From Candidatus Multivorans sp. (GTDB taxonomy: Bacteria > Acidobacteriota > Thermoanaerobaculia > Multivoradales > Multivoraceae), in the NCBI GenBank assembly GCA_965203495.1, contig CBDBDB010000007.1, positions 324,959 through 388,958 on the forward strand: a stretch of DNA of 64,000 nt, in the 5' to 3' direction. Below, piece by piece: positions 29,059-38,519 of the stretch; position 1 is the stretch's first letter, and every line of letters begins with the position of its first letter. The notes beneath the pieces were generated by a model. The model was not told where the DNA came from and searched no databases. It was given only the letters and a program-made list of their open reading frames with translations. The position numbers and the translations under genes were made by a program.

Positions 29059-31950
29059 TCACACTCGGAACACCTTCATGACTTCGTCGCCCAGGTGATT
29101 GATCACCTTGACCGCGATGCGCCCGGAGACGGGCTTCGGGAAGGGGCGGGAGGTGTCGCTGTGCAGCGTGGCCCATGCGTCGGCGTCGATCTCGGCCTTC
29201 AAGGTGGTCCTGAGCGACTTGTAGGGGTCGCCGGCGCCGAGGAAGTAGGCCTGGCGGACGAAGAAGCTTTCTTCGTTGTAGTCGGTGTCCACGAACCAGC
29301 AGGCGATGCCTTCGGGTCCGTCGCTGCGGACTTCGCCGGAGGATGGGTCGAAGACGTCGACGCCCTTGATCCTGACCCGGCGCCAGTCCGGCTCGCCGTC
29401 GGGACCGGTTGCGGTCTCGATGTCGATGTCGGGCTCGCCGAAGATGACGAACAGGTTGGCGGCGTTCGTCTTCCTGAAGTCGTCGGCCATGTGCAGGTCG
29501 GCGTTCATCCGCGCCTTGAGGATGGGGACGCGGCCGAGCTTCGTGAACTCGGACACGTGGACGTCGAAGTTGAAGGCGCAGGCGATCAGGACGTCGAATC
29601 CGGCGTCGGCCGCCTCGCGCGCGGCGCTGACCAGGTCCGGCCGGGAGACGGTTCCGAACTCCGGACCGATGAAGACGCCGGCGCGCTGTTCCTTGCCCTC
29701 GCCGTCGACGTAGCGGCCCTCGGCGCAGACCAGCTCGCCGGGCCGCGGTTCCAGCGACGAAAACGCGATCCGGCCGGCCTTGCTCGCCTGCTGAACGCCG
29801 GCGGTGCGCAGGTTCTCGAGAATCACGTGGCCGAACTCGCTGCGGCACACGTCGGCGCCCCCGTCGTCACTCGCCCGCGGCTCGGCCACCAGAAGTTCGT
29901 CCCGCTCGTCCAAGGCGGCCGGGCGATGCGGCGAAACGCTCTCGACGGTAAAGGGTCCGGCGACGCGGACTTTCCGGTTGTCCTGGAAGGGCTTGTCGTG
30001 GAGGTGTTCGTAGTCGGCCTTCGCGGCGATGCAGGCGTCGATCTCGCTCTGGCGGGCGATCCGGGCCTGCCAGAAGCGCTCGTGCGCCTCGCGCGCGGCC
30101 CGGTTCCAGTCGTCTTCCGGCTCTCGGGGGACTTCCCACTCCAGGAAGCCGTTTGCGGGCGCCGGTTCGCCGGAGGGCAGGTCGACCGTGCTTCCCGCCG
30201 GCGCCTCGAAATCGATCTGCTGGCCCTTGCGTCCGCCGGCCTGGACGACGAACGGCGCGGCGTGACCCCGCAGGGCGCGGTTGAGGTCCGACAGGGCGTT
30301 CTCGACCGCCGGCTGCAGGCGCTCGTGGATCACGTCGATCTCGGCGTTGTTGGCGATGGACTTGAGCGTGACGTGGGGGACGCGCTCGACCACGAAGCCG
30401 TGCCGGATGTCGTTGTACGTGGGCGCCTCCGACGGCGCCTTGCGGGCGAGCGCGGCCTCCTTGAGCTGGCCCTCGCGGCTGTCGGCGAGCAGGTACCAGG
30501 GGTAGCGGGCGCCCATGATGCGGGCCCGGGCCAGGGCGAGCGCCACCCGGGACGTGTCGATCGTGATCCAGCGGCGGCCCCATTGCTCGGCGACGTAGGC
30601 CGTCGTGCCGGAACCGCAGGTCGGGTCGAGCACCAGGTCGCCGGGGTCCGTCGTCATGAGGATGCAGCGCTGGATTACCTTGGGGAGAGTCTGTACAACG
30701 TAGGTCTTGTTCGCCGCATAGCCGGCTGTGCCGGTGTCGTTCCACTGGTTCGTGATCCGAACCACGGGGAAGTCATCCAGGAATCGAAGATACGCAGGTG
30801 TATTCCCCTGATAGCCCAAACGTGCCGCCTTGCTCAAACGCTCTATTCCGTCGGCGGTCGTCTTCCAGTGCATTCCCGGTTTGATGGAAAATATCCTTCC
30901 CATGAGTGCAACCGAGTGGGTTTTGGCCGCAGCGCCTTGCGAGGTCAGATCAGCTGACCTCGCAAGGCGCTGCGGCCAAAATCGCGGGAAATTGCCACTC
31001 AGATTGTGTAGCTCCCGATACGACGTCGCCCCTTGTAGACCGGCCTCTTTCTTGTTCGTCAACAGCCGGTACTTCAAGGCAGAGGACTTCCCGTACCAGA
31101 GCAGATAGTCGGACACGTTAGCCAGGCGCATGGCAGCGAAGCCAGACGTCTTGGAGAACGACACTTGAGAGACAAAGTTCGCCTCTCCAAACACCTCGTC
31201 CATCAACGCCCGCACGCGGTGCACGTTCTCGTCGCCGATCTGCACGAACACGGATCCGCTCTCGGTCAGCAGGTCCCGCGCCGCGGTCAGTCGGTCGCGC
31301 AGATAGGTCAGGTAGGAGTGAATGCCGTCCCGCCAGGTGTCCCGGAAGGCCTTGACCTGCTCCGGTTCCCGGGTGACGTGGTCCGCCTTGCCGTCCTTCA
31401 CGTCCCGGCTGGTCGTGGACCACTGGAAGTTCGAGTTGAACCGGATGCCGTAGGGCGGGTCGATGTAGATGGTCTGCACCTTGCCGCGCAGGCCCTCGCG
31501 TTCGGCCAGCGACGCCATGACCTGCAGGGAATCGCCCAGCACCATGCGGTTCGACCAGTTCGCGTCGTGCCGGTAGAACTCCGTTCTGGCGTCGTCGTCC
31601 GGCAGGCCGTTGAAGTCGGCGAAGAGGTCGGGCTGGACGGCCCGGTCTCCGGCCTTCCGTTCGCGGGCCCGGCGGCTGGTCCGCTCCAGATCGTCGATCA
31701 GCACCTTGGGGTGCACCTTCTCCTGGATGAAAAGGGGCGGCGTCGGCACGACGAGGTCGGACCAGTCCTCCATGTCCTTGCCGCGCCAGATCAGCTGCGG
31801 GTCGAGGTCCGGGTTGCGCCGCTCGTACGCGACCCGGATCGGGTCCCGGTCGTACGCGTGCATCACCGGCTCGTACTCGGCGGTGGGAATGTTGCGCCGC
31901 GTCGCTTCGCGGTGGATCAGCGTCTCGACCTTCCGGGCTTTCTTCGCCAT
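29059..31950 (-). CDS. mod: Type III restriction-modification methyltransferase (Mod), N6-adenine beta-class
   Basis: Motif IV IYIDPPYG lies upstream of motif I VLDPTCGSGTTAYVA (beta-class order). A central variable region lies between them. The start is set at MAKKARKVETL. Confidence 0.85.
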   Translation of the reverse strand: MAKKARKVETLIHREATRRNIPTAEYEPVMHAYDRDPIRVAYERRNPDLDPQLIWRGKDMEDWSDLVVPTPPLFIQEKVHPKVLIDDLERTSRRARERKAGDRAVQPDLFADFNGLPDDDARTEFYRHDANWSNRMVLGDSLQVMASLAEREGLRGKVQTIYIDPPYGIRFNSNFQWSTTSRDVKDGKADHVTREPEQVKAFRDTWRDGIHSYLTYLRDRLTAARDLLTESGSVFVQIGDENVHRVRALMDEVFGEANFVSQVSFSKTSGFAAMRLANVSDYLLWYGKSSALKYRLLTNKKEAGLQGATSYRELHNLSGNFPRFWPQRLARSADLTSQGAAAKTHSVALMGRIFSIKPGMHWKTTADGIERLSKAARLGYQGNTPAYLRFLDDFPVVRITNQWNDTGTAGYAANKTYVVQTLPKVIQRCILMTTDPGDLVLDPTCGSGTTAYVAEQWGRRWITIDTSRVALALARARIMGARYPWYLLADSREGQLKEAALARKAPSEAPTYNDIRHGFVVERVPHVTLKSIANNAEIDVIHERLQPAVENALSDLNRALRGHAAPFVVQAGGRKGQQIDFEAPAGSTVDLPSGEPAPANGFLEWEVPREPEDDWNRAAREAHERFWQARIARQSEIDACIAAKADYEHLHDKPFQDNRKVRVAGPFTVESVSPHRPAALDERDELLVAEPRASDDGGADVCRSEFGHVILENLRTAGVQQASKAGRIAFSSLEPRPGELVCAEGRYVDGEGKEQRAGVFIGPEFGTVSRPDLVSAAREAADAGFDVLIACAFNFDVHVSEFTKLGRVPILKARMNADLHMADDFRKTNAANLFVIFGEPDIDIETATGPDGEPDWRRVRIKGVDVFDPSSGEVRSDGPEGIACWFVDTDYNEESFFVRQAYFLGAGDPYKSLRTTLKAEIDADAWATLHSDTSRPFPKPVSGRIAVKVINHLGDEVMKVFRV
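30922..30980. repeat. Perfect 27-bp inverted repeat with 5-nt loop (TTTGGCCGCAGCGCCTTGCGAGGTCAG-ATCAG-CTGACCTCGCAAGGCGCTGCGGCCAAA) inside mod coding sequence
   Basis: It was read directly from the sequence. It sits in a roughly 300-bp low-GC segment (30830-31130) corresponding to the Mod target-recognition region. The frame is maintained. Confidence 0.9.
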
Positions 31951-31954
31951 GTCG

Positions 31955-32335
31955 CTAGCGGTCCTCCGCGTCGGGGATGTGAGCGATGCCGAGCTCCTCG
32001 GCGAGCGCACGGAGTTTCCGGTCCGCCGTCCACAGTGTCGCGTTTCCGTCCGCCAGAACCGCGCCGAGGAGGTTGGCGTCCATGTAGCCGATGCCGCGTC
32101 CCATCCAGGAGTGTCGTTCGATCAGAGCGAGGAGGTCGTCGCCAGAGAGTGTCGCGAGTCGCGGGAAACCCCTCATTCGCTCGAGGAAGCCATCGCGCTC
32201 GGGCAGGTGGCCACATGCCAGTTCGCCGATGACCATGGCATGGGATAGCACCTCCCGGGCCTCCACGCGGTCCCGCAACTCCCGGCTGGGGGCACGCACG
32301 TTGTCAATCCAGATCGACGTGTCCACCAGGATCAT
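31955..32335 (-). CDS. vapC: VapC-type PIN-domain toxin
   Basis: The N-terminus MILVDTSIWID is classic VapC. The protein is 126 aa. The ATG overlaps the res TGA (ATGA). Confidence 0.8.
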   Translation of the reverse strand: MILVDTSIWIDNVRAPSRELRDRVEAREVLSHAMVIGELACGHLPERDGFLERMRGFPRLATLSGDDLLALIERHSWMGRGIGYMDANLLGAVLADGNATLWTADRKLRALAEELGIAHIPDAEDR

Positions 32336-35300
32336 CCCGCTTCCGCGCTCCGGCGTCGCGGAATGTACTTGGCGTCGGGCATCGAGCCGCCGATGGCGCC
32401 AAGGAACCGCGCGACCTCGCTCGCCCGCTCTTCGCTGGCGAGTTCGTCCAGGGCGGTCGCGATCCCGGCGTCTAGGTCGTGTTCCATTTCAGACGGCTCC
32501 CGCAGTTCAAGGTACGCCCAACGACCATGGCGGCCGACCGCGTTGACCGCGGGAATCCAGCAGGTTTCCATGGCTTCCGCCTTCGCCCGGGATTCTTCTC
32601 CTCGCATGCCCTTGACCTCCACCACGACGTGCAGGGGTTCCTCCTTGCCGAGGCCGTGGTCGAGGTCGACGATGAAGTCGGGGGCGTAGCGGCGGGGGGC
32701 GCCGCCGAACCGGTACGGCACGTCGAAGCCGAGGTTCCGGTTCTTCACCCAGGCCAGCACGCGCGGGTGCGCGTCGAGAACGCGGCAGAACTCGCCTTCC
32801 CACGTGCTGTCGAGAATCGCCCAGTTCAGATGGCAGCGACGGCCGGTCCGGTAGCGCTGCGTGCGCGACGTCGTGAAGTGCACGCTGCGGGTCGTGCCGA
32901 CCGGGTTCCAGGGATCGAGCAAGGCCCTGACCGGCTGCTTGGCCGACCGGCGCCGCAGTTCGGCGCGGGTGACGGCGGCCGCAATCTTCTCGCAGGCGCG
33001 GTCGGCGAGCTCCGCCATCATCAGCTGCGCCGGAACCGTGTTTCCCTTGCACGTCAGGCAGGCATCGAGCCATTCGCCGGCGATGCGCTTCAACTGGCCG
33101 AACAGGTGCAGGTCCGGATCTTCGTTCGCGTCGCGCCAGTGCTTGAACAGCAGCCGCTTCGTCAACTCGTAGAGCACGGTGGACCGGCGGACCCCGTTCA
33201 GCCGCTCGGGGCCGAGGTCGTGGCCTTCGCCGATGATGCCCTGATTGTGCGTGATCGTCGGTCCCACGAGTTCCGGCGTCAGCTCGAGCGCCGAGTCCTC
33301 CGTGAACGCGGCGGAGAGGCGGTCGTTCGGCAGATCGACGCGGTAGCCGGCCACCCGCGGGAAGCGGATCTCCGCGTCGTCCCGCTCCGGCGAGAGGGCC
33401 TGGACTTGCACCGTCTCGGCGGGCGGCTGCGGCGGCGCCGCGACGGGCCTGGCGGTGAAGTCGAAGGGCACGCCGAACACGTCCGCGTACTCGACGTCGA
33501 ACAGGCCGCCGTCGTTCAGTTCGTAGGACTGCCGGCGCAGGGAGCGGCCGATCACCTGTTCGCAGAGCAGCTGCGTCCCGAAGGCCCGCAGGCCGAGGAT
33601 GTGAGTGACATTGCTGGCGTCCCAGCCTTCGGTCAGCATGGCGACGGAGACGACGCAGCGGATGGCGCCGCCCAGCCGGCCGGCCTTGCCGACGGTGTTC
33701 ATCGCTTCGCGCAGCAGGTCCTGGTCCGACAGGTTCTCGGCTTGCCGGCGATCTCCCGTCCGTTCGACGATCTCCCGGCGGAAACGCTCGATCTCGTCCG
33801 CGGCGGCGGCGCGGAAGCTCCGGTCGAGCGCGTCGCCGGATTCGAGCTGCCGGCTGTCGATGAGCAGCGTGCGGGGTCTGGGCAGTGGCGTGCCGTCCGC
33901 GTCGAAGTTGCGGAACAGCGGCAGGCGACCGTTGTGGAAGGTCCCCGCGCCGTTCCCGGACCCGCGTGGGAAGCCCGCGATGTAATCGTGGACCAGCTTC
34001 GACGCGGCGGTGTTGTTGCACACGACGATGAAGCAGGGCGGCGTCTCGATGCCGGCCTCCTCCCACAGGGTGAACGTCTTTTCGTAGTGTCCGTAGAGAG
34101 CCTCCAAGGCCGTCTGCAGCTCGGTCGGCAGCGACATCGGGTCGGCGGCCGCGCCGCTTGCGCCGCCGCCGCGGCCCTGCTTCGGCATCTTCCCGCCGAT
34201 GCGCTCCCAGAGGTTCCGGAACATCGGCATCTCGGCGCCGGGGACGTTGTCCACCACCGGCACGCGCGGGACCTTGACGATGCCGCACTCGATCGCGTCC
34301 ATCAGGGAGAAGTCGCTGACGGTCCACGGGAAGAGCGTGCCCTCCGCGTAGCCCGAGCCGCGCAGGAAGAACGGCGTGGCCGACAGGTCGATCACCCGCT
34401 TGATTCCCAGTCTGCGCGCGGTCGCCTCCAGACCGGAGATCCACACGTGCGCCGCCTCCCGGTTGCGCTTCGCCTCGTGGCGGTCGTCGCCGGTCAGCCG
34501 CCCTTCCTCGTCTTCGCCGGCCTTCTCGCGATAGCAGTGGTGCGCCTCGTCGTTCAGGACGAGGATGCCCCTCATCGCCATCAGTTCCGGCATCGCGCGG
34601 GCCAGCATCTCGCCTTCCGTTTCGCGGACTGCGAGGTCCGGGCCGCGGCCCTGGAGCAGGGCGCGGCTCCCCTTGGCCAGCTTCATCGTCTCGCGGCGCC
34701 CGAACGCGTGGTAGTTGACGATCACGATCCTCGCCCTGTCGATGTCGCGCAGCATGTCCGGGGGCGCGAGTTCGCGGCTGGCGTAGTAGCTGTCGGGGTC
34801 GTTCGGCTGGAGCACCCGCAGGCGGTCGCGGATGGTGATGCCCGGCGCGACGACGAGAAAGCCGCGAGTGAACCGCCGGCTCGCGGGGCGGCGAACGGCG
34901 TTCACCGTCTGCCAGGCGATGAGCATGGCCATGACGGTCGTCTTGCCGGCGCCGGTCGCGAGCTTGAGCGCTAGGCGCGAGAGGCCCGGGTTCGCCTGCT
35001 CGCTGGCCGCTTCGATCCGCTCCAGGAAGCCGCGGCCGCGCTTGCCCATGGCGGGCGCGACTTCGGTCAGCCAGATGGCGGTCTCGACGGCTTCGACCTG
35101 GCAGAAGAACGGGCGGATGCCGCTGAACCGATGGTGGCGCCAGTGCTTGAGCAGACGGGCTGTTTCGGGCGTCACGCGCCACTGCGACTCCGGCAGCGCG
35201 CGCCAGGCGGCGATCGCCCGGCGCAGGCCGCCGATCAGCTCGGTCAGCTCGTACTGCTGACCGCCTGGCGTCTCGAGCGCGTCGATGTCCGCGTCCAGGG

Positions 35301-35478
35301 TGAGTCGCCGCTGCGTCTTGCGGCCGGTCTTTCTCGCCCTGGGAATCGGCGAGACGAAGGAAGCCGGGCGACGCCCGGGGGCGATTCTCTCAGTCGGCTG
35401 GCGGTTCTCGTCCAGCACCCAGTGCCGGCCCGGCAGTTCGTAGGGCGAATTGAGGATAGGGGACCGGTGGAACGTCAT
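32332..35478 (-). CDS. res: Type III restriction endonuclease Res subunit (helicase + PD-(D/E)xK) with C-terminal extension
   Basis: DEAH-box LVLNDEAHHC is present. Walker A GAGKTTVM is present. The C-terminal nuclease motif YAPDFIVDL...VVVEVKG is present. The start is set at MTFHRSPILNSPYEL, and the upstream ORF extension is judged spurious. Confidence 0.8.
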   Translation of the reverse strand: MTFHRSPILNSPYELPGRHWVLDENRQPTERIAPGRRPASFVSPIPRARKTGRKTQRRLTLDADIDALETPGGQQYELTELIGGLRRAIAAWRALPESQWRVTPETARLLKHWRHHRFSGIRPFFCQVEAVETAIWLTEVAPAMGKRGRGFLERIEAASEQANPGLSRLALKLATGAGKTTVMAMLIAWQTVNAVRRPASRRFTRGFLVVAPGITIRDRLRVLQPNDPDSYYASRELAPPDMLRDIDRARIVIVNYHAFGRRETMKLAKGSRALLQGRGPDLAVRETEGEMLARAMPELMAMRGILVLNDEAHHCYREKAGEDEEGRLTGDDRHEAKRNREAAHVWISGLEATARRLGIKRVIDLSATPFFLRGSGYAEGTLFPWTVSDFSLMDAIECGIVKVPRVPVVDNVPGAEMPMFRNLWERIGGKMPKQGRGGGASGAAADPMSLPTELQTALEALYGHYEKTFTLWEEAGIETPPCFIVVCNNTAASKLVHDYIAGFPRGSGNGAGTFHNGRLPLFRNFDADGTPLPRPRTLLIDSRQLESGDALDRSFRAAAADEIERFRREIVERTGDRRQAENLSDQDLLREAMNTVGKAGRLGGAIRCVVSVAMLTEGWDASNVTHILGLRAFGTQLLCEQVIGRSLRRQSYELNDGGLFDVEYADVFGVPFDFTARPVAAPPQPPAETVQVQALSPERDDAEIRFPRVAGYRVDLPNDRLSAAFTEDSALELTPELVGPTITHNQGIIGEGHDLGPERLNGVRRSTVLYELTKRLLFKHWRDANEDPDLHLFGQLKRIAGEWLDACLTCKGNTVPAQLMMAELADRACEKIAAAVTRAELRRRSAKQPVRALLDPWNPVGTTRSVHFTTSRTQRYRTGRRCHLNWAILDSTWEGEFCRVLDAHPRVLAWVKNRNLGFDVPYRFGGAPRRYAPDFIVDLDHGLGKEEPLHVVVEVKGMRGEESRAKAEAMETCWIPAVNAVGRHGRWAYLELREPSEMEHDLDAGIATALDELASEERASEVARFLGAIGGSMPDAKYIPRRRSAEAG
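32335..32487 (-). other. In-frame 51-codon RHH/antitoxin-like tail of res (MEHDLDAGIATALDELASEERASEVARFLGAI...), possible internally initiated VapB-like antitoxin
   Basis: No separate antitoxin ORF lies upstream of vapC. The tail has an RHH-like pattern. An internal ATG is preceded by GGGAG. Confidence 0.3.
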
Positions 35479-35559
35479 GGCGTCTCGAGCAGAGGCCCGG
35501 AGCTTATTGGACGGCGGTTTCTGGTGCTGCCGGGGGGTGCCGGCGGTGAGAGCGCCGCA

Positions 35560-35960
35560 TCCCTCGTCTCGGGTGTGCGTGGCGTGGTGGCGATCGGCGA
35601 GTTCGCGTCTCGCCTGACGCAGAGGCAGTTGTCCGCGGTGAGCGCGTTCTTCAGTCCGAGTCGGAAGCGGTACGTCGCGCCGTCTCGGACGTCGATCCAC
35701 CGGATACTGACGGCGCTTGATCCAGAGGTTGTCGACCGGGCGGTTCGGGGTTTCGCCGCCCAGTCGCGGCGCCCCCGCGGCGCGTTGGCAGTTGACCGCA
35801 AGTCGGTCGACGGCGCGCACTGGCGCCATCTCCGCGGACCCGGTTCAAAAGCCGATCTCAGGGCCGCGCACGGGACGCCCCGCGAAGCGGTGGGCAAGCT
35901 CAGCCCGCGAGCGCCCCCGGGCGCGAACCTATACGAATTTCTGAAGCTTCCAACGGTTTA
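35560..35960 (+). pseudogene. Possible ISAs1-family transposase N-terminal fragment
   Basis: The translation ...SPSRKRYVAPSRTSIHRILTAL...ALAVDRKSVDGAHW loosely resembles the ISAs1 N-terminal region (AIDGKTLRGS block). The frame continues from the off-frame ORF 35131-35961. Confidence 0.25.
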
Positions 35961-36028
35961 GCAGCCCGTGGCAAAAGTGGATTCGGCCCGGAGTGCCACT
36001 GCTGCTTCGAGGCTGAGTCTGGGCAGCG

Positions 36029-37072
36029 CTACGCGACGCAAAGTTGGAAGCCGAGGCGATGTGCGCGCCAAGAGGCGCAGATCGACTGCATCAGCCCGTC
36101 GAATCGGGCTGTGAACGCTGCAAGCAAGCCAGTCTGGGCGCCCAGAGTTGCCGTGACACGGCCCTGCAGCGATCGTGGCGTGCCGACTCCCGCGAGGCTC
36201 CTCATCAGGAGACCGAGATTGAAGCCGCAGGAATGAATGTAAAGGCGCTTGAGCGCGTTGTCGCGGCCGCGCAGATGCAAGCGCCGCATGCCGCCGGTCT
36301 CGAACTGGTGAGCGAAGGGACGTTCGACGCGCTCGCCGCGCCGGCGCTGCAGCCGCTTGCCCCGATTGCCGCGGACCCGCCGACGGTTCGCGTACACGAT
36401 GGCTTGCAAGTCCTTCTTGCCTGTCCAACGACGACGACCACGGTCCGGCTCCGCGATGTAGCTGCGAAGCTCCAACTCGTCGATGGAGGCGAGAACGTCG
36501 TTGCTGTGGTAGCCCTTGTCCGCAATCACTTCCTCGATCACCGACGAATCGCCGACTGCCGACTCCACCTGCTCGAACGTCTCCTCCAACGTCTCGTGGA
36601 CCGACTCCGTGTCTCCCTTGGCGCCGCCATGCAGCGTCACACCCAGAATGGCCCCGCTCTCCAGGTCCACCGCCTGCTCCGCCTTGTACGCGAGGTGCGT
36701 GCGGCCATCCTTCATCTTCGTGACCTCGGCATCCGGATCGTGAGGATTCTCCCACTCCTCGTTCGACAGCTTCTTCTTCCGCTTGCGGTCGAAACGAGCC
36801 AACTCCGCACGAGTCAGCGTCGCCAAGCCCGAAGCCTCTGCCAAGCCACGCACGAACTCCTCGTAGCCAGAACCCGTATCCCGACGAACGATGCTGCGCA
36901 GCGCAGCGTTCGCCTCCAGCGTCGTCGCGTCCACGCCCACTGTCTTCCCCGATACCAGACCCGACTCCGCCAAGCGCTCAAGAACCCAGCTGAACACCTT
37001 GCCGTGAGTCTCCAGATCGATCAGACGACGAGTGCGAGAAATCGTCGAATGATCCGGCGAACCCTCCGTCAC
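36029..37072 (-). pseudogene. IS5/IS1182-family DDE transposase, C-terminal 347 aa (N-terminus severed by IS256)
   Basis: Hallmark blocks DKGYHSNDV and ERPFAHQFETGGMRRLHLRGRDNALKRLYIHSCGFNLGLLMRSL are present. The frame begins exactly at the IS256 junction. Confidence 0.75.
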
Positions 37073-38519
37073 GGGATTGTCCCGTTTTCTGTTGAACTTC
37101 GGATGGCGGCTCGTGTGTGTTGATGAATGTTAAGCGGCCTTGGTTTGGTGGTCAACGTGCCCTGCTCGTCGTTCGAGGGCGCGGATGAGTTTGGGCATGT
37201 CTCGGTAGCCTCTGACGCGGTGGAAGCGTGATTGAGCATCGATGAGAGCGGCAGCGACCCAGCGCTGGATCATGGAGCCGCCCCGCCAGCGCTTGACGTT
37301 GCGGGTGTAGCGCCCGACGGAGCTGTTGAGGCTCTCGATCGGATTGGTGCTGCGCATGGTCTTCTGGAGAGCTCCGGCGAGGCCGAGTTCGAGCACGGTG
37401 ACGGTCTCCTCCATGCCTTCCCGGAGGGAGGCCGCTGCGCCGGGGTGCTCCCGCTCCAGATGACTGGCGATCTGCCGCAGACGCCTCAAGGCCGTCTTGG
37501 CGGATTTGCTGTCCCAGGCCTTGCGGAGCGCCCGGCGAATCGAGGCTCGCCTCTCTTCGGGCAGATGCTCTTCGACGTTCCGGGCCTTGTGGACCTGGCA
37601 GCGCTGCACCGTCGCGGCGTCGCCGAAGACCTCCTTGATTGCGCGGCGCAGGGCCTTGCTGCCGTCGATGACGAACAGCAACGGCTTCGCCGTCGAGAGG
37701 CCCCGCTCCACCAGGTCGGCGAGAAGAGCGCGGACCACCGCCGTGTTCTCCGTCGAACCCTCGCGAAGGCCAAGAACCCGCTTGTGACCGGACGACGAAA
37801 CGCCCAAGGCGATCAGAATGCAGTGGCCACCGATGTACTTCGCGTCCACGCACACCACGCGGATGTCCTCGTCTTCCAGCGACGACGACAGGAACTTCTC
37901 CATCTGCCGCGCCGACAGCGCCTTGAAGCGCCGAGACACCGAACTCCGCGATGCCGAACGACGGTCCGAACCCGCGGCCGCCGTGTCCAGCGACCGCAGG
38001 TAGTTCCGCGTCGACACGCCCGACGCAATCGCTTCCATCGTGTGACGGTCCATCGCGTCGCGAGACGCCGCCCACTCGAACGACTCGAGACGCACCTCGC
38101 CCTCCGGACCCCGTACCCGCAGACGCTGAATCTCGATCCGGGCCCCGCCCAGCGTCACTTGGCTCGGAGCACTGCCCGCACGCCACACCGAACGAGCATC
38201 CTGGTGACGACCCTTCGCGCCGCACCGCGACTCCCGCTCCTCCTCCATCAACCGGGCCAACGTAGACCGGCCTGTCTCGACGCACAGCTCCTGAAAGCTC
38301 GACAGACCGTTGACCAACGAGGGCAATGACTCCAACAGACCAAGCCCCGATCCCGACGACGGACTGCTCGGAGTGCTCCTTCTCTCTTGCCGATTCCCTT
38401 CCCGACTGCGATGATTGGCCATGGGTGGCGTCTCCTTTCTTTCGCTGAGACCGGCCCGCTCATCGGGCCGGAGAGCCGCCACCCTACTCCCAAAGTTCAA
38501 CAACCGACGGGACATCCCC
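37073..38519 (-). mobile_element. IS256-family IS, copy 3 (inverted relative to copies 1/2); 9-bp TSD CTCCGTCAC
   Basis: CTCCGTCAC is at 37064-37072 and at 38520-38528. The terminal inverted repeats are GGGATTGTCCC... and ...GGGACATCCCC. Confidence 0.8.
37130..38422 (-). CDS. IS256-family transposase, intact (copy 3)
   Basis: Its N-terminal 300 aa are identical to the copy 1 fragments. Its C-terminus matches the copy 1 3' part. Confidence 0.85.
   Translation of the reverse strand: MANHRSREGNRQERRSTPSSPSSGSGLGLLESLPSLVNGLSSFQELCVETGRSTLARLMEEERESRCGAKGRHQDARSVWRAGSAPSQVTLGGARIEIQRLRVRGPEGEVRLESFEWAASRDAMDRHTMEAIASGVSTRNYLRSLDTAAAGSDRRSASRSSVSRRFKALSARQMEKFLSSSLEDEDIRVVCVDAKYIGGHCILIALGVSSSGHKRVLGLREGSTENTAVVRALLADLVERGLSTAKPLLFVIDGSKALRRAIKEVFGDAATVQRCQVHKARNVEEHLPEERRASIRRALRKAWDSKSAKTALRRLRQIASHLEREHPGAAASLREGMEETVTVLELGLAGALQKTMRSTNPIESLNSSVGRYTRNVKRWRGGSMIQRWVAAALIDAQSRFHRVRGYRDMPKLIRALERRAGHVDHQTKAA

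Noticed and set aside
32479-35182. Large ORFs 32479-34974 (+) and 32507-35182 (-) inside res
   Set aside because: They are alternative frames of res with Arg-rich nonsense translations.
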